IMG/VR virus record: IMGVR_UViG_3300017917_001342
Coordinates: 434,001-498,000 of that record
Length of the DNA stretch: 64,000 bases
Direction: 5' to 3' (one strand)
Made by a program: the position numbers and the translations under genes. This document shows positions 47,667-56,941 of this stretch, piece by piece. A model generated the notes under the pieces. The model was not told the origin of the DNA and made no database searches. It was given only the letters and a program-made list of their open reading frames with translations. Position 1 is the first letter of the stretch, and each line of letters begins with the position of its first letter.

Positions 47667-49685
47667 TCAATTGTAATCTAATACGATTTTAAATTCTCCA
47701 GAGGTACTAGACCCTGGATTTATAAATGCTTTGACACTGGTTGTAGATAATACTGGATATGACAATGTTGTTGTGTATAGACCCACTGTTGTTGGATCAA
47801 TTAATGCACCGTCCATTAATAAACCATGCACAGTGTCAGTGCCAATTTCAATGTTGCTGCTGTTGTCGTTGAATGCCTGTATGATTTCGATGTTTAATCT
47901 AGTCAAAGTTTTAGTCGGCGCTAGTATACCAACTGTAACAGGACTAGTACTGAGATAACTGCCGGTTGCAGTAAAACTATTCACTAGTGTTGTATCACCA
48001 GATGTAGTGTTGCCAACGTTTTGACCATTCTGACTTAGCCCTAGTTGCATCCATACAGTCGGACCGGTATCAACTGCTACATATGCTTGGTTGTGACCAG
48101 CACCGTCGTTATAAACAAACGCAATAGCACCTCGTGTGGGTGTTAGTGCATTTCTAGCTGCAATATCTTGTACAAAGTATCCAAACGCAACACCAGTTGG
48201 ACCTGTTGGACCTGTTAATTGGCTTAGACTTGATATTGACCATGCGATAAGGTCAACCTGATCACCTGCAACAGACGGTGCATTTAATGTAACAGTTATA
48301 CCATCATCTGCTGTGTACTCAGTTGGCGGTAATTTGAGTCCATTTACATACACATCTATATATGGTGCTGTATATAGAGCATTGAATATAGTCTGGCCGC
48401 TTGTAGCGGTGTAGTTATATTCTTGGTATGCACCAACTGCGGCCGGACCAGTTGGACCTGTTACATCGCTGGCAGCACCAGTTGGACCTATAAAACCCTG
48501 TGGACCAGTAGGACCAGTTACTACGCTGTCTGCGCCAGTCGGGCCAATAGGACCAGTAGGACCGCCTAACGGACCAGTGGGACCTGTAGCACCTACTCCT
48601 GTTGCTCCCGTAGCACCAGTTGGTCCAGTAGGACCTGCTGCACCACCTACGCCTAGACGTTGCCAATTTGCATTACCAAGTGTAGGGTTAATACAAATGT
48701 ATGCAGTGTTTGTGCCGATGTCTATCCAAAGACTACCGTAACTGTAACCAAATGCTTCATCATCGTAGATAGTAGGCGGTACTACACTGGTAAAATTGTT
48801 TAGAGGTCCTGATAAACTGCCTTGTGATAATTTTACTGCGCTGGTATTGTTTATTTTTATAAACAATGGCATAGCAAAATTATTTGGTTTAACTGCGGTT
48901 AGTTTTCCCGGTACAGTGGTACTTAGATATAGGACATCACCTGGATTACCAGGCAGTGTAGGTAAATCATAAAGTACTTTGCCTTTTGGTTCCCAGCTAA
49001 AGTAATCATATCCAGGAATGCCTAATTGTCTTACAGTACCAATTACATTAACAGTTGAAATGTCATCAGCAATTGCCAGCGCATAGGTGCCATCAGATTT
49101 AAGATAGATCTGATCGCCTATATCAAATCCATTGCTGGGTTGTAAAACAGTTAACAGATTCTGTTTAATGTTTCTAGCATTGAATTTGCTAATAACATCT
49201 TCTAAAAATCCCGGATAGGGTTGAAGAAAACTGTTGTATAAGGTTAGTGTATGGAATACTGGAATGCCATCTTCGTCTAACGCAAAAATAAAACCAGGCT
49301 CACCTGTTGCTGCAACACCGTCTGGAGCAGAAAACTGCTCATATCTTCCGGTATCTTCTATTGTACAAACCAGTGTTGTGCTGTTAGTTAATAGTGGGTC
49401 TATTGCAATGATCTGGCAGCATTTACCAGTGGATGCTTCCGCATACCACATGCCTACTTTGATATCTAATGCATTATAAACATAGAGTTGTTCGGTACTG
49501 AAACTGCTGTGGTTTTGTTGAGTTACAGCAGCAGTCATAATAAAACGATATGGTTGCGGTGCTGGCCCGCCAGCCCACCATTGATCTTCTCCGTATATAG
49601 GACCTTCGTCTACAGGCCAATACCCATCAGGTACAATACTGATATTGTCTACATATAACGTAATGATAGGAAGTATAGATGCCAT
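47667..49685 (-). CDS. Collagen-like tail fibre/virion appendage protein (672 aa)
   Basis: Central (Gly-Pro-Thr)n tract, followed by the YTATSGQT...VYVNG fibre module. Confidence 0.75.
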   Translation of the reverse strand: MASILPIITLYVDNISIVPDGYWPVDEGPIYGEDQWWAGGPAPQPYRFIMTAAVTQQNHSSFSTEQLYVYNALDIKVGMWYAEASTGKCCQIIAIDPLLTNSTTLVCTIEDTGRYEQFSAPDGVAATGEPGFIFALDEDGIPVFHTLTLYNSFLQPYPGFLEDVISKFNARNIKQNLLTVLQPSNGFDIGDQIYLKSDGTYALAIADDISTVNVIGTVRQLGIPGYDYFSWEPKGKVLYDLPTLPGNPGDVLYLSTTVPGKLTAVKPNNFAMPLFIKINNTSAVKLSQGSLSGPLNNFTSVVPPTIYDDEAFGYSYGSLWIDIGTNTAYICINPTLGNANWQRLGVGGAAGPTGPTGATGATGVGATGPTGPLGGPTGPIGPTGADSVVTGPTGPQGFIGPTGAASDVTGPTGPAAVGAYQEYNYTATSGQTIFNALYTAPYIDVYVNGLKLPPTEYTADDGITVTLNAPSVAGDQVDLIAWSISSLSQLTGPTGPTGVAFGYFVQDIAARNALTPTRGAIAFVYNDGAGHNQAYVAVDTGPTVWMQLGLSQNGQNVGNTTSGDTTLVNSFTATGSYLSTSPVTVGILAPTKTLTRLNIEIIQAFNDNSSNIEIGTDTVHGLLMDGALIDPTTVGLYTTTLSYPVLSTTSVKAFINPGSSTSGEFKIVLDYN
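48438..48653 (-). repeat. Gly-X-Thr collagen-like coding repeat
   Basis: [13 protein letters not shown]... interrupted triplet repeat. Confidence 0.9.
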
Positions 49686-49698
49686 CAGTTAAATCCTA

Positions 49699-50763
49699 TC
49701 ATGCTGTGAATATCAGCGTCACCCAGAGATATCCATTGCCGGATGCAGGTACACCTGTATTACCAGGTGACAATGCATATAAACTTGTACTGTTAACAGT
49801 AGTACTCAGCGCAGAATAGCTACCAGTTGTAGCACCAGATGGTATTGTTTGTCTAAATGCTCCGGCTGGTAATACACCCGGCCCGCCTTGACAAGATATC
49901 ATAACAGGATAGAGATTTCTGTTGTGATTTACAGTGATCTGTGTATCGCCCAGTCTTGTGATTTGACCTAATGTGATATTTGTTAAATTGTCAACATAGT
50001 CAGATGGCAATATTACACCGTCTGCAAACAGCAATCTGAAATTGATAAGCGATGTTGCAGCAGGGCCTGTTGCACCAGTTGGTCCTACAACACTAGAACC
50101 AGTTGCACCAGTTGGACCTGTAATTGTGCTAGCTGCACCAGTTGGGCCTTGATCTCCCTGTGGTCCTGTAGCACCTTGATCACCTTGACTACCAGTAGGA
50201 CCAGTTGGACCGCCTAAAGGACCAGTAGGACCAGTTACAGTACTATCTGCACCTTGAGGACCAGTTACGCCAGTAGGACCAGTTGGACCTAACGGACCAG
50301 GTGGGCCCATTGCACCACCGCCGCTACCACCGGATGGTAATGGATTGCTAGGAGCAATTGCGCCATAATTTAAAAGTATTTGAAGAACTTCGCCTACTAG
50401 ATAGGAATTACTTGGTGGTGGCACCAAATAGGTTCTGTCAATTTTTGCACGAACCCAAACATAGTTGCCAGAGAAACTATATGCATAGTTACCTGTATCA
50501 CCAGTTTGTCCTGTGGGATATGCAGGGTCTAGTGGATATTGTACATATGGTGCAGTTGTACCAATTGGTATATCAAACCAGTCGAGTTCACCCGGGTCTC
50601 TAGCTAGACTGCCCTGAATGTATATACGACCAGTAAAATTGCTAAGCGATATACTAACGGTATGATTGTTACCGATAGTGTTATTGTAGCCAGCGCCTTT
50701 TTGTTTCTGGCCTGTTACATTGATTTGTTCGTTGGTAGTTGATAAAAGAATTACACTGATCAT
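49699..50763 (-). CDS. Collagen-like virion protein (354 aa)
   Basis: Central GPT/GAT/GPQ tract; late promoter upstream. Confidence 0.75.
   Translation of the reverse strand: MISVILLSTTNEQINVTGQKQKGAGYNNTIGNNHTVSISLSNFTGRIYIQGSLARDPGELDWFDIPIGTTAPYVQYPLDPAYPTGQTGDTGNYAYSFSGNYVWVRAKIDRTYLVPPPSNSYLVGEVLQILLNYGAIAPSNPLPSGGSGGGAMGPPGPLGPTGPTGVTGPQGADSTVTGPTGPLGGPTGPTGSQGDQGATGPQGDQGPTGAASTITGPTGATGSSVVGPTGATGPAATSLINFRLLFADGVILPSDYVDNLTNITLGQITRLGDTQITVNHNRNLYPVMISCQGGPGVLPAGAFRQTIPSGATTGSYSALSTTVNSTSLYALSPGNTGVPASGNGYLWVTLIFTA
50055..50320 (-). repeat. Gly-X-Thr collagen-like coding repeat
   Basis: [30 protein letters not shown]... Confidence 0.9.
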
Positions 50764-50784
50764 GATGCCGCCTAATACTTGAAT

Positions 50785-50790
50785 TATTTA
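50785..50790 (-). promoter_or_regulatory. Late promoter core TAAATA inside an RBS-sequestering hairpin (50766-50796)
   Basis: Minus strand reads TGCCGC-TAAATA-ATTCAAG-TATTA-GGCGGCA-TC-ATG. Confidence 0.65.
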
Positions 50791-50801
50791 GCGGCAGCGC
50801 A

Positions 50802-50984
50802 TTACTCTAATTCTGCAAGTTCCACTATAACCGAAGAGTCGTTCAATACTTCGTCTACAAGAGCTGGAACCGTGGCAAGCAACAGTGCTTTTTGCTCATC
50901 GCTTAAGACACTGTTGTTACCACTGTGATCTTTTACTAATTTACTGAGTTTTAAAACTACAATTTCTTCAACAAGTTTGGCCAT
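50802..50984 (-). CDS. Hypothetical protein (60 aa)
   Basis: AAGGTG RBS before the ATG at 50984; TAAATA at 51015-51020. Confidence 0.7.
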   Translation of the reverse strand: MAKLVEEIVVLKLSKLVKDHSGNNSVLSDEQKALLLATVPALVDEVLNDSSVIVELAELE

Positions 50985-51036
50985 TTTAAACACCTTATGT
51001 TAGGCAATACTTGATATTTATTAAATTAGTAGTTAA

Positions 51037-51369
51037 TTATACACGAGGTTTTGGTTTTCTACCACGTTTGCGGCCAGTTGATCTGTTACTGCCATCTGCA
51101 TTTATGTTGTAGACTTCTGCGTATCTGTCTAAACTCATGCCTTCTATACTGGTAATTAGATCCATTGATATTTTTATTGCTGCTGAGGTATACGGGTCCC
51201 TCAGCAGCAAAATGTATCCATCTACAGCACCGTCGATTTTATCTATTACCATATCTCGATAATGATGAGTGACTGTTCCATATTTAGAATGCTGTGGTAT
51301 TTTTGCTGTAACCACAGTGTCTTCAACTAATACTCCTGATAGAATCAATCGTTCTATAACTGCTGTCAT
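51037..51369 (-). CDS. Hypothetical protein with basic C-terminal GRKRGRKPK motif
   Basis: ATGA overlap with the clpA stop. Confidence 0.7.
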   Translation of the reverse strand: MTAVIERLILSGVLVEDTVVTAKIPQHSKYGTVTHHYRDMVIDKIDGAVDGYILLLRDPYTSAAIKISMDLITSIEGMSLDRYAEVYNINADGSNRSTGRKRGRKPKPRV

Positions 51370-53660
51370 TCATTGACCTCAGTAATACTGGTAGAATCTA
51401 ACAATAGCAATTCTGTTTCATTAGTGAATTCCGGATTGCTAAGATAGTCAAAAACCAACTGCGAATCCTTTACAGTGATCATCACTGCACCACCGTTTTT
51501 CAATTTACCAAACAGTATTTCTTTACTGATAGGCTTTTTAACATTTTCTGCAATGACTCTCGACAGCGGTCTAGCACCCATCTTTTTGTCAAAGCCCTTG
51601 TCAATAAGCCACTGTTTAGCAGCAGGATCACAAATTATGTTAACATTCTTTTTAGCAGACAGTTCATTCATTTGATTGATAAACTTGTCAACAATGTGTT
51701 CCATATTTTCTTTAGCAAGGCTACCAAACCGTACTATTGCATCAAGACGGTTACGGAATTCGGGAGTAAAGTATCTATTGATTGCTTGAGTATCTTCGTC
51801 TCTCAACGCATTCTCACTACCAAACCCGATACGGTCTTTTTCCATATCTGCTGCACCTAGGTTACTGGTAAAGATAACAATTGCATTTCTTGCACTTGCA
51901 CTCTTACCTTGACTACCTGTCACAGTACCGCTATCCATCATAGCAAGGAACACGTTATAAACATCGGGGTGTGCTTTTTCGATTTCATCAAACAGCAACA
52001 CACAATGCGGATGTGTTTCTAATTCATTGATAAGAAGACCGCCACCTGCTCCACCGTCGCTGTATCCTACATAACCCGGAGGGCTACCTAGGAATTTACT
52101 GACAGTGTGTCGTTCTTGGAATTCGCTCATATCAAATTTAGTAAAGTGAATTCCCAGACTCTTTGCCAATTGTTTAGCAACTTCTGTTTTACCTACACCA
52201 CTTGGCCCACTAAACAGGAAACTACCTATAGTTTTGTCATTTTCACGTAGACCGCTACGGCTCATGTAGATTGCATCAGTTACACGATTAATTGCTTCGT
52301 CTTGTCCGAAGATCACTGTTTTAAGATCAGACTCTAAACGTTCTAGACGATCTGCTTCTTTACTCTTAACTGAAGTCACTGGCACTTTGGCAACACGGCT
52401 TACTTCTGCTTCGATTTCAGTTTTAGTAATAGTTTTAATACGTAGTTCTTCTGGGCGTATTTTTTGCCATGCTGCTGCACTGTCAATTACATCAATTGCT
52501 TTGTCTGGCAAAAATTTATCATGCATATGACGGCTAGTAAGTTCAACTGCTGCATCCAGTGCCGCGGTTTCATATTGCACGCCATGGAATTCTTCGTAGT
52601 ATTTGGCAATACCTCTGAGAATACGCTTGCTGTCCTCGATGCTGGGTTCAAAAATATCAAGTTTTTGGAAACGTCGTACCATTGCACGGTCTTTTTCAAA
52701 ATGCTTGCGATATTCTTCAGCAGTTGTACTACCTATGCAGCGAATGTCGCCTCGACTCAGAGCCGGTTTAAGCATGTTGGCAGCATCCATACTGCCTGAA
52801 CCACCGCCACTGCTACCTGCACCCATGATCATATGTATTTCATCAATGAACATAATGTGTTCAGGTAGTGCTGTAAACGCAGCAATGATATGCTTCATGC
52901 GTTCTTCAAAGTCACCGCGGAATTTTGTACCTGCTACTAGGCTTGCAATATCTAGATTCCAAATTGTGCAGTTAGCAAGACTTTCTGGTACATCGCCTTC
53001 AACAATGCGTTTTGCAAGACCTTCGACAATAACAGTTTTACCAACACCAGGGTCACCTGTCATAATGACATTGTGTTTGTTGCGTCTTGCAAGTATTTGA
53101 CAGATTTGTTCAACTTCGCGTTCACGTCCGATCAATGGGTCAATACGACCCGCTTCGGCTTTTGAATTAAGATTGATACAATATGTCTGCAATATTTCTA
53201 TAGCAGAATTTTCATCCATTGTTGATTGTTCTTCTGCTGCAACCTGATTTATCTGTGCAACTATTTTGTCTTTTGATGCAGAGTGCTGTTGAATGATCCA
53301 ACTTGCAGGACTATCTTGAATGCCATACAGTGCAAGGTAGATGTCTTCTGGACCAATTTCTTTTCTGCCACTAAACATGCTGTGTGTTTTGGCTTTTTTA
53401 ATAACCTGTGCAAGCAATGTAGTGTGTCTTGGTTGATATGAACCCTGTTTAACAATTACATGATTGCGATCATCGTTTAACCAATCGCTAGTATCTTTGA
53501 TCATTGCATCAAGATCGCCGCCTGTGCGTTTGATTAGTTTTTGAATAATACCATTTTCAAGCAGTCCAGCCAATAGATGTTCAAGAGTCACTAATTCGTG
53601 ATTCATGCTTGCAGCCAATTGGTATGCACGTTGAATAGTCTGTTCGAAGCTGTTTTCCAT
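51366..53660 (-). CDS. clpA: ClpA-type Hsp100 AAA+ unfoldase
   Basis: Clp N domain; NBD1 GDPGVGKT/FIDEIH; NBD2 GPSGVGKT/LLFDEIEKAHP; IGF ClpP-docking loop; no ClpB middle domain. Confidence 0.92.
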   Translation of the reverse strand: MENSFEQTIQRAYQLAASMNHELVTLEHLLAGLLENGIIQKLIKRTGGDLDAMIKDTSDWLNDDRNHVIVKQGSYQPRHTTLLAQVIKKAKTHSMFSGRKEIGPEDIYLALYGIQDSPASWIIQQHSASKDKIVAQINQVAAEEQSTMDENSAIEILQTYCINLNSKAEAGRIDPLIGREREVEQICQILARRNKHNVIMTGDPGVGKTVIVEGLAKRIVEGDVPESLANCTIWNLDIASLVAGTKFRGDFEERMKHIIAAFTALPEHIMFIDEIHMIMGAGSSGGGSGSMDAANMLKPALSRGDIRCIGSTTAEEYRKHFEKDRAMVRRFQKLDIFEPSIEDSKRILRGIAKYYEEFHGVQYETAALDAAVELTSRHMHDKFLPDKAIDVIDSAAAWQKIRPEELRIKTITKTEIEAEVSRVAKVPVTSVKSKEADRLERLESDLKTVIFGQDEAINRVTDAIYMSRSGLRENDKTIGSFLFSGPSGVGKTEVAKQLAKSLGIHFTKFDMSEFQERHTVSKFLGSPPGYVGYSDGGAGGGLLINELETHPHCVLLFDEIEKAHPDVYNVFLAMMDSGTVTGSQGKSASARNAIVIFTSNLGAADMEKDRIGFGSENALRDEDTQAINRYFTPEFRNRLDAIVRFGSLAKENMEHIVDKFINQMNELSAKKNVNIICDPAAKQWLIDKGFDKKMGARPLSRVIAENVKKPISKEILFGKLKNGGAVMITVKDSQLVFDYLSNPEFTNETELLLLDSTSITEVNE

Positions 53661-54175
53661 TAGCGTCCCTTTGTCAAAATAGCTTTAAGCCTAGCGTTCT
53701 TAGCGGCTTTTTTCTTTGCTAGCATAAGCTTAACTGGTCCTACACGATCGTCAATCAGTATTCCTTGCAAATGGTCAAATTCGTGCAAGAATATTCTTGC
53801 CCACCATTCATCAAAGTCAGTTACCTGTTGATTACCGTGTTCATCTCGATACATGGCTTTGATACGTTTGCTACGTGGTATATCTAACACAAGCCCTGGT
53901 ATGCTCAAACAGCCTTCTGGTTGTACAGACATTTCGTCGCTGGCTTCTATTACCACAGGATTAATAAAAACGTAGTCTTGTCCTTCGAGACTGATTACAA
54001 ACAAACTGAGATCACTACCAACCTGCGGTGCAGCTAAACCAACTCCGCCATGTTTTTTAAGTGTATCAAACATGTCGCGAATCAGTGTTTGATGATTGAC
54101 AATATCTTCCGGTTCAATGACAGTGGTCTTTTGCCTAAGTATGGCATTTGGTTTTTTAACGATATCTAATATCAT
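53660..54175 (-). CDS. def: Peptide deformylase
   Basis: GVGLAAPQ, EGCLS, HEFDH. Confidence 0.95.
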   Translation of the reverse strand: MILDIVKKPNAILRQKTTVIEPEDIVNHQTLIRDMFDTLKKHGGVGLAAPQVGSDLSLFVISLEGQDYVFINPVVIEASDEMSVQPEGCLSIPGLVLDIPRSKRIKAMYRDEHGNQQVTDFDEWWARIFLHEFDHLQGILIDDRVGPVKLMLAKKKAAKNARLKAILTKGR

Positions 54176-55044
54176 AAAGTTGGTTCGCCTCTTTGTTGTG
54201 CTATTGTTTTGATTTGCTCAAACTGTTCAACATTTAAATCTTTTGGTATACTGATGTTAACAGTGATAAACAAATCACCGCGTTGTCTTGCATTGTTGTG
54301 TACAGGCATACCGTTTCCGGCTACTCGTAAAATTGCACCAGTCTGTGTGCCTGCCGGAATGTTAATAGACAGATGTGTACCATCTATAGCTGTTAGCTCA
54401 CGCTTTGTTCCAACTATTGCAGATAGTGCATCTAACTTCAATGCCATGTGCAGATGCGGTCCATCTCTCCTAAAAACAGGATGATCGTTGATACTCACTG
54501 TTACAAACAAATCACCTGGTGGTAAATTGTTGATAGACTTGTCACCGTAACCTTGATAGCGCAATCGTGTACCATGTTGCACACCTGCTGGTATGTTGAC
54601 AACTATGTTTCTAGATTGGCCATTTACTTCAAAGTTTATCGGTAAACTTTTACCTGCAAATGCTTCTTCTAATGTGATATTCAGAGTAAATTGATAGTCT
54701 TTGTTTTTTACAGGATGTTGTTGTCTAAATGCCTGTCCAAAGAACTGATTGATCATGTCGTCAAATGGGTTACCATGACCAAAATCAAATGTAAACCCAC
54801 CTGGTCCAAACGGCGATCCGCCATTCATATTACCAAACTTGCGCTGTTGGTCATATTGAGCACGTTTTTGCGGGTCGCTTAATATATCATTGGCTTCGTT
54901 TATTTGTTTAAACTTAGCTTCAGCATCGGGATTATCTTTGTTGAGATCCGGATGCCATTTTTTTGCGAGATTGCGATACGCAGTTTTTATTTCATCCTGC
55001 GACGCAGAGTCTGATAATCCTAAAGTACTATAATGGTCTGTCAT
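54172..55044 (-). CDS. dnaJ: Class II DnaJ (CbpA-like) co-chaperone
   Basis: J domain with HPD, G/F-rich linker, C-terminal GDL/LRVAGNGMP domains; no zinc finger. Confidence 0.9.
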   Translation of the reverse strand: MTDHYSTLGLSDSASQDEIKTAYRNLAKKWHPDLNKDNPDAEAKFKQINEANDILSDPQKRAQYDQQRKFGNMNGGSPFGPGGFTFDFGHGNPFDDMINQFFGQAFRQQHPVKNKDYQFTLNITLEEAFAGKSLPINFEVNGQSRNIVVNIPAGVQHGTRLRYQGYGDKSINNLPPGDLFVTVSINDHPVFRRDGPHLHMALKLDALSAIVGTKRELTAIDGTHLSINIPAGTQTGAILRVAGNGMPVHNNARQRGDLFITVNISIPKDLNVEQFEQIKTIAQQRGEPTL

Positions 55045-55050
55045 ATCATA

Positions 55051-55078
55051 AGTTTATAAATTTTCTAACGTTTGTCAA
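55051..55078 (-). promoter_or_regulatory. Sigma70-type promoter for the dnaJ-def-clpA operon
   Basis: TTGACA-16-TAAACT; the -10 ends 6 nt before the dnaJ ATG. Confidence 0.6.
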
Positions 55079-55091
55079 GGTATTAGATTTC

Positions 55092-55099
55092 TATAAATA
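55092..55099 (+). promoter_or_regulatory. T4 late promoter consensus TATAAATA
   Basis: Exact match, followed by an AAGGTG RBS and the GTG at 55128. Confidence 0.7.
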
Positions 55100-55127
55100 T
55101 TGCGACTTGCGAAAAAAGGTGCATAAA

Positions 55128-55841
55128 GTGGCAGAATCGAGAAAAATACCAACATTTTCAAGAGCAGTACCTATTCTGGATGCATTGTTAAAGTATCTAA
55201 CTAGAACTTCTCCATTGATGTTAGCAGTGCATTTAATTTATATCAGCACTGCTAGTATATTCATAAGCATGGCATATGTTGTTAGTTTCCATTGGGAAAG
55301 TCTAGTACGACTATACGAAGAAGCACACGATATACAATCATTTTCTGCCAATTTGAAAACATCTGTAGAAAACGACAACAAAATCTACGGACACCTCAAT
55401 ACTATTATCAGCAATTCTGGAGGTATGCGTGCTTATGTATATCGCTATCACAACGGACTAGCTGCAATTTCAGGTGTGCCTTTTTTCTTTCAAACTATGA
55501 CACACGAAGTAATCGCCAATGGTGCAACTCGTATTATACAATTTGAACAGCGTATACCAGCAAGCATACATATGGCAATTAACAATGATTTTGTAGAAGA
55601 TAAATGTGCTATTATCGAAAATGCAGATAAAGATCCAAGCAGCCAAAACTATTACTTCTATCAAAGCAAGAACGCTAAGTCATTGATACGTTGTCCAATT
55701 TATATGGAAAATGGTGATTTGTTTGGATTTGTTGGAGTTGACTTTGCAGATCATATTCCTTCTGATACTAAGAAAACTGTAGATGAAATCAAAAACACTG
55801 CTAAAGATATAGGTAGATTATTCGCTACTACTGCCAAGTGA
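55128..55841 (+). CDS. T4 gpT-like holin candidate (single TMD plus GAF-like periplasmic domain)
   Basis: Amphipathic N-terminus, one hydrophobic span, C-terminal RCPIYMENGDLFGFVGVDF similar to T4 T SCPYFNLDNIYAGTITMYW. Start reassigned from 54963. Confidence 0.55.
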   Translation: MAESRKIPTFSRAVPILDALLKYLTRTSPLMLAVHLIYISTASIFISMAYVVSFHWESLVRLYEEAHDIQSFSANLKTSVENDNKIYGHLNTIISNSGGMRAYVYRYHNGLAAISGVPFFFQTMTHEVIANGATRIIQFEQRIPASIHMAINNDFVEDKCAIIENADKDPSSQNYYFYQSKNAKSLIRCPIYMENGDLFGFVGVDFADHIPSDTKKTVDEIKNTAKDIGRLFATTAK

Positions 55842-55871
55842 TTTTTTTAGGTAATCCGCCGTTTATGCCAT

Positions 55872-55877
55872 TAAATA
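55872..55877 (+). promoter_or_regulatory. Late promoter core TAAATA in the loop of an RBS-sequestering hairpin (55852-55897)
   Basis: TAATCCGCCGTTTATG ... CATAACGGATGGATTA flanks TAAATA; ATG at 55900. Confidence 0.65.
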
Positions 55878-55899
55878 TGTACATAACGGATGGATTAAC

Positions 55900-56622
55900 A
55901 TGCAGATTCTTATACCAATGAGCGGAGCCGGCAAGAGATTTGCCGATATGGGTTATCAAAAACCAAAACCTTTAATAGAGTTTTTTGGTAAACCTATGAT
56001 AGAACATGTGTTGGAAAATCTAGGTGCAGACAACGATTACATTCTCTGTGTGCAAAAAGCACACTATGATGCAGACCCAACTCTGTTCGAAAGATTAAAA
56101 ACCAAAGTTAAAAGTTTATCTATAGTTCTAGTAAACGGTGTAACACAGGGTGCAGCAGAAACCTGTCTGCTTGCAAAACAGCTATTGGATCTAGATAAAC
56201 CGTTGTTCATTGCCAACTGTGATCAAATGATGGTATGGGATCAAACACATTTTGAAAATTGGTTTGCAGCAGAGAACCTGGATGGTGTTATGTTTGTGTT
56301 TGACAGCGACAGTACAAAAAACAGTTATGTAGAATTAGATAGCAACGGTATTGCTGTTAGAACTGCTGAGAAACAGGTTATCAGTCCCTATGCTACCAAC
56401 GGCATCTATGTATGGAAACGTGCAGGCGACTTTGTCTGGGCAGCCGAAAAGATGATTGCAGATGATATACGTGTAAACAACGAATTCTATGTGTGTCCTG
56501 TATACAATGAAAACATTGCAAGAGGTGATCGTATAGGCATCTACTATCCAACTGAGCATTGGCCTATTGGAACACCAGAAGACCTGGACATCTACATAAA
56601 GGCACACTATGAAACTGTTTGA
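55900..56622 (+). CDS. Sugar-phosphate nucleotidyltransferase (BcbE-like)
   Basis: IPMSGAGKRF...PKPLI, GAAET, ANCDQ, EKQVIS, NEFYV, GTPEDL. Confidence 0.85.
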   Translation: MQILIPMSGAGKRFADMGYQKPKPLIEFFGKPMIEHVLENLGADNDYILCVQKAHYDADPTLFERLKTKVKSLSIVLVNGVTQGAAETCLLAKQLLDLDKPLFIANCDQMMVWDQTHFENWFAAENLDGVMFVFDSDSTKNSYVELDSNGIAVRTAEKQVISPYATNGIYVWKRAGDFVWAAEKMIADDIRVNNEFYVCPVYNENIARGDRIGIYYPTEHWPIGTPEDLDIYIKAHYETV

Positions 56623-56941
56623 TCCTGACGAATTTAAAGGCGGATGGTTTATAGGAGATTTTGAACCTAGTATTTGGCGTACAACTGGTTTTGAAATAGG
56701 TTATAAACATCATATTGCAGGCGAAGCATGGCCTGCACACTACCATGAACACATGGACGAAGTTACTTTTCTTCTAGAAGGTACAATGCAAATTTGCAAT
56801 CAGACCATAACTGGTCCTATTATATTTTTAATAGGCCGTAATGAAATCGCTGACCCCGAATTTATAACAGACTGCAAGGTATTCATAATAAAAACTCCGT
56901 CTGTACCCGGAGATAAAGTTTTAATTGGAGATAAAACATGA
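56609..56941 (+). CDS. Cupin-fold protein (possible sugar epimerase/isomerase)
   Basis: GGWFIGDFEP, HYHEHMDEVTFLLEG cupin metal motif. Confidence 0.75.
   Translation: MKLFDPDEFKGGWFIGDFEPSIWRTTGFEIGYKHHIAGEAWPAHYHEHMDEVTFLLEGTMQICNQTITGPIIFLIGRNEIADPEFITDCKVFIIKTPSVPGDKVLIGDKT

Noticed and set aside
48438-50320. CRISPR-like or VNTR repeat array
   Set aside because: The periodicity is in-frame collagen codons (GGT/GGA CCA ACT), with no constant repeat-spacer structure.
54963-55127. Track start of the 292-aa ORF overlapping dnaJ
   Set aside because: It overlaps the opposite-strand gene and lies upstream of the late promoter; the GTG at 55128 has an RBS. Starts at 21919, 36518, 58577, 60351 and 63833 were shortened for similar reasons.
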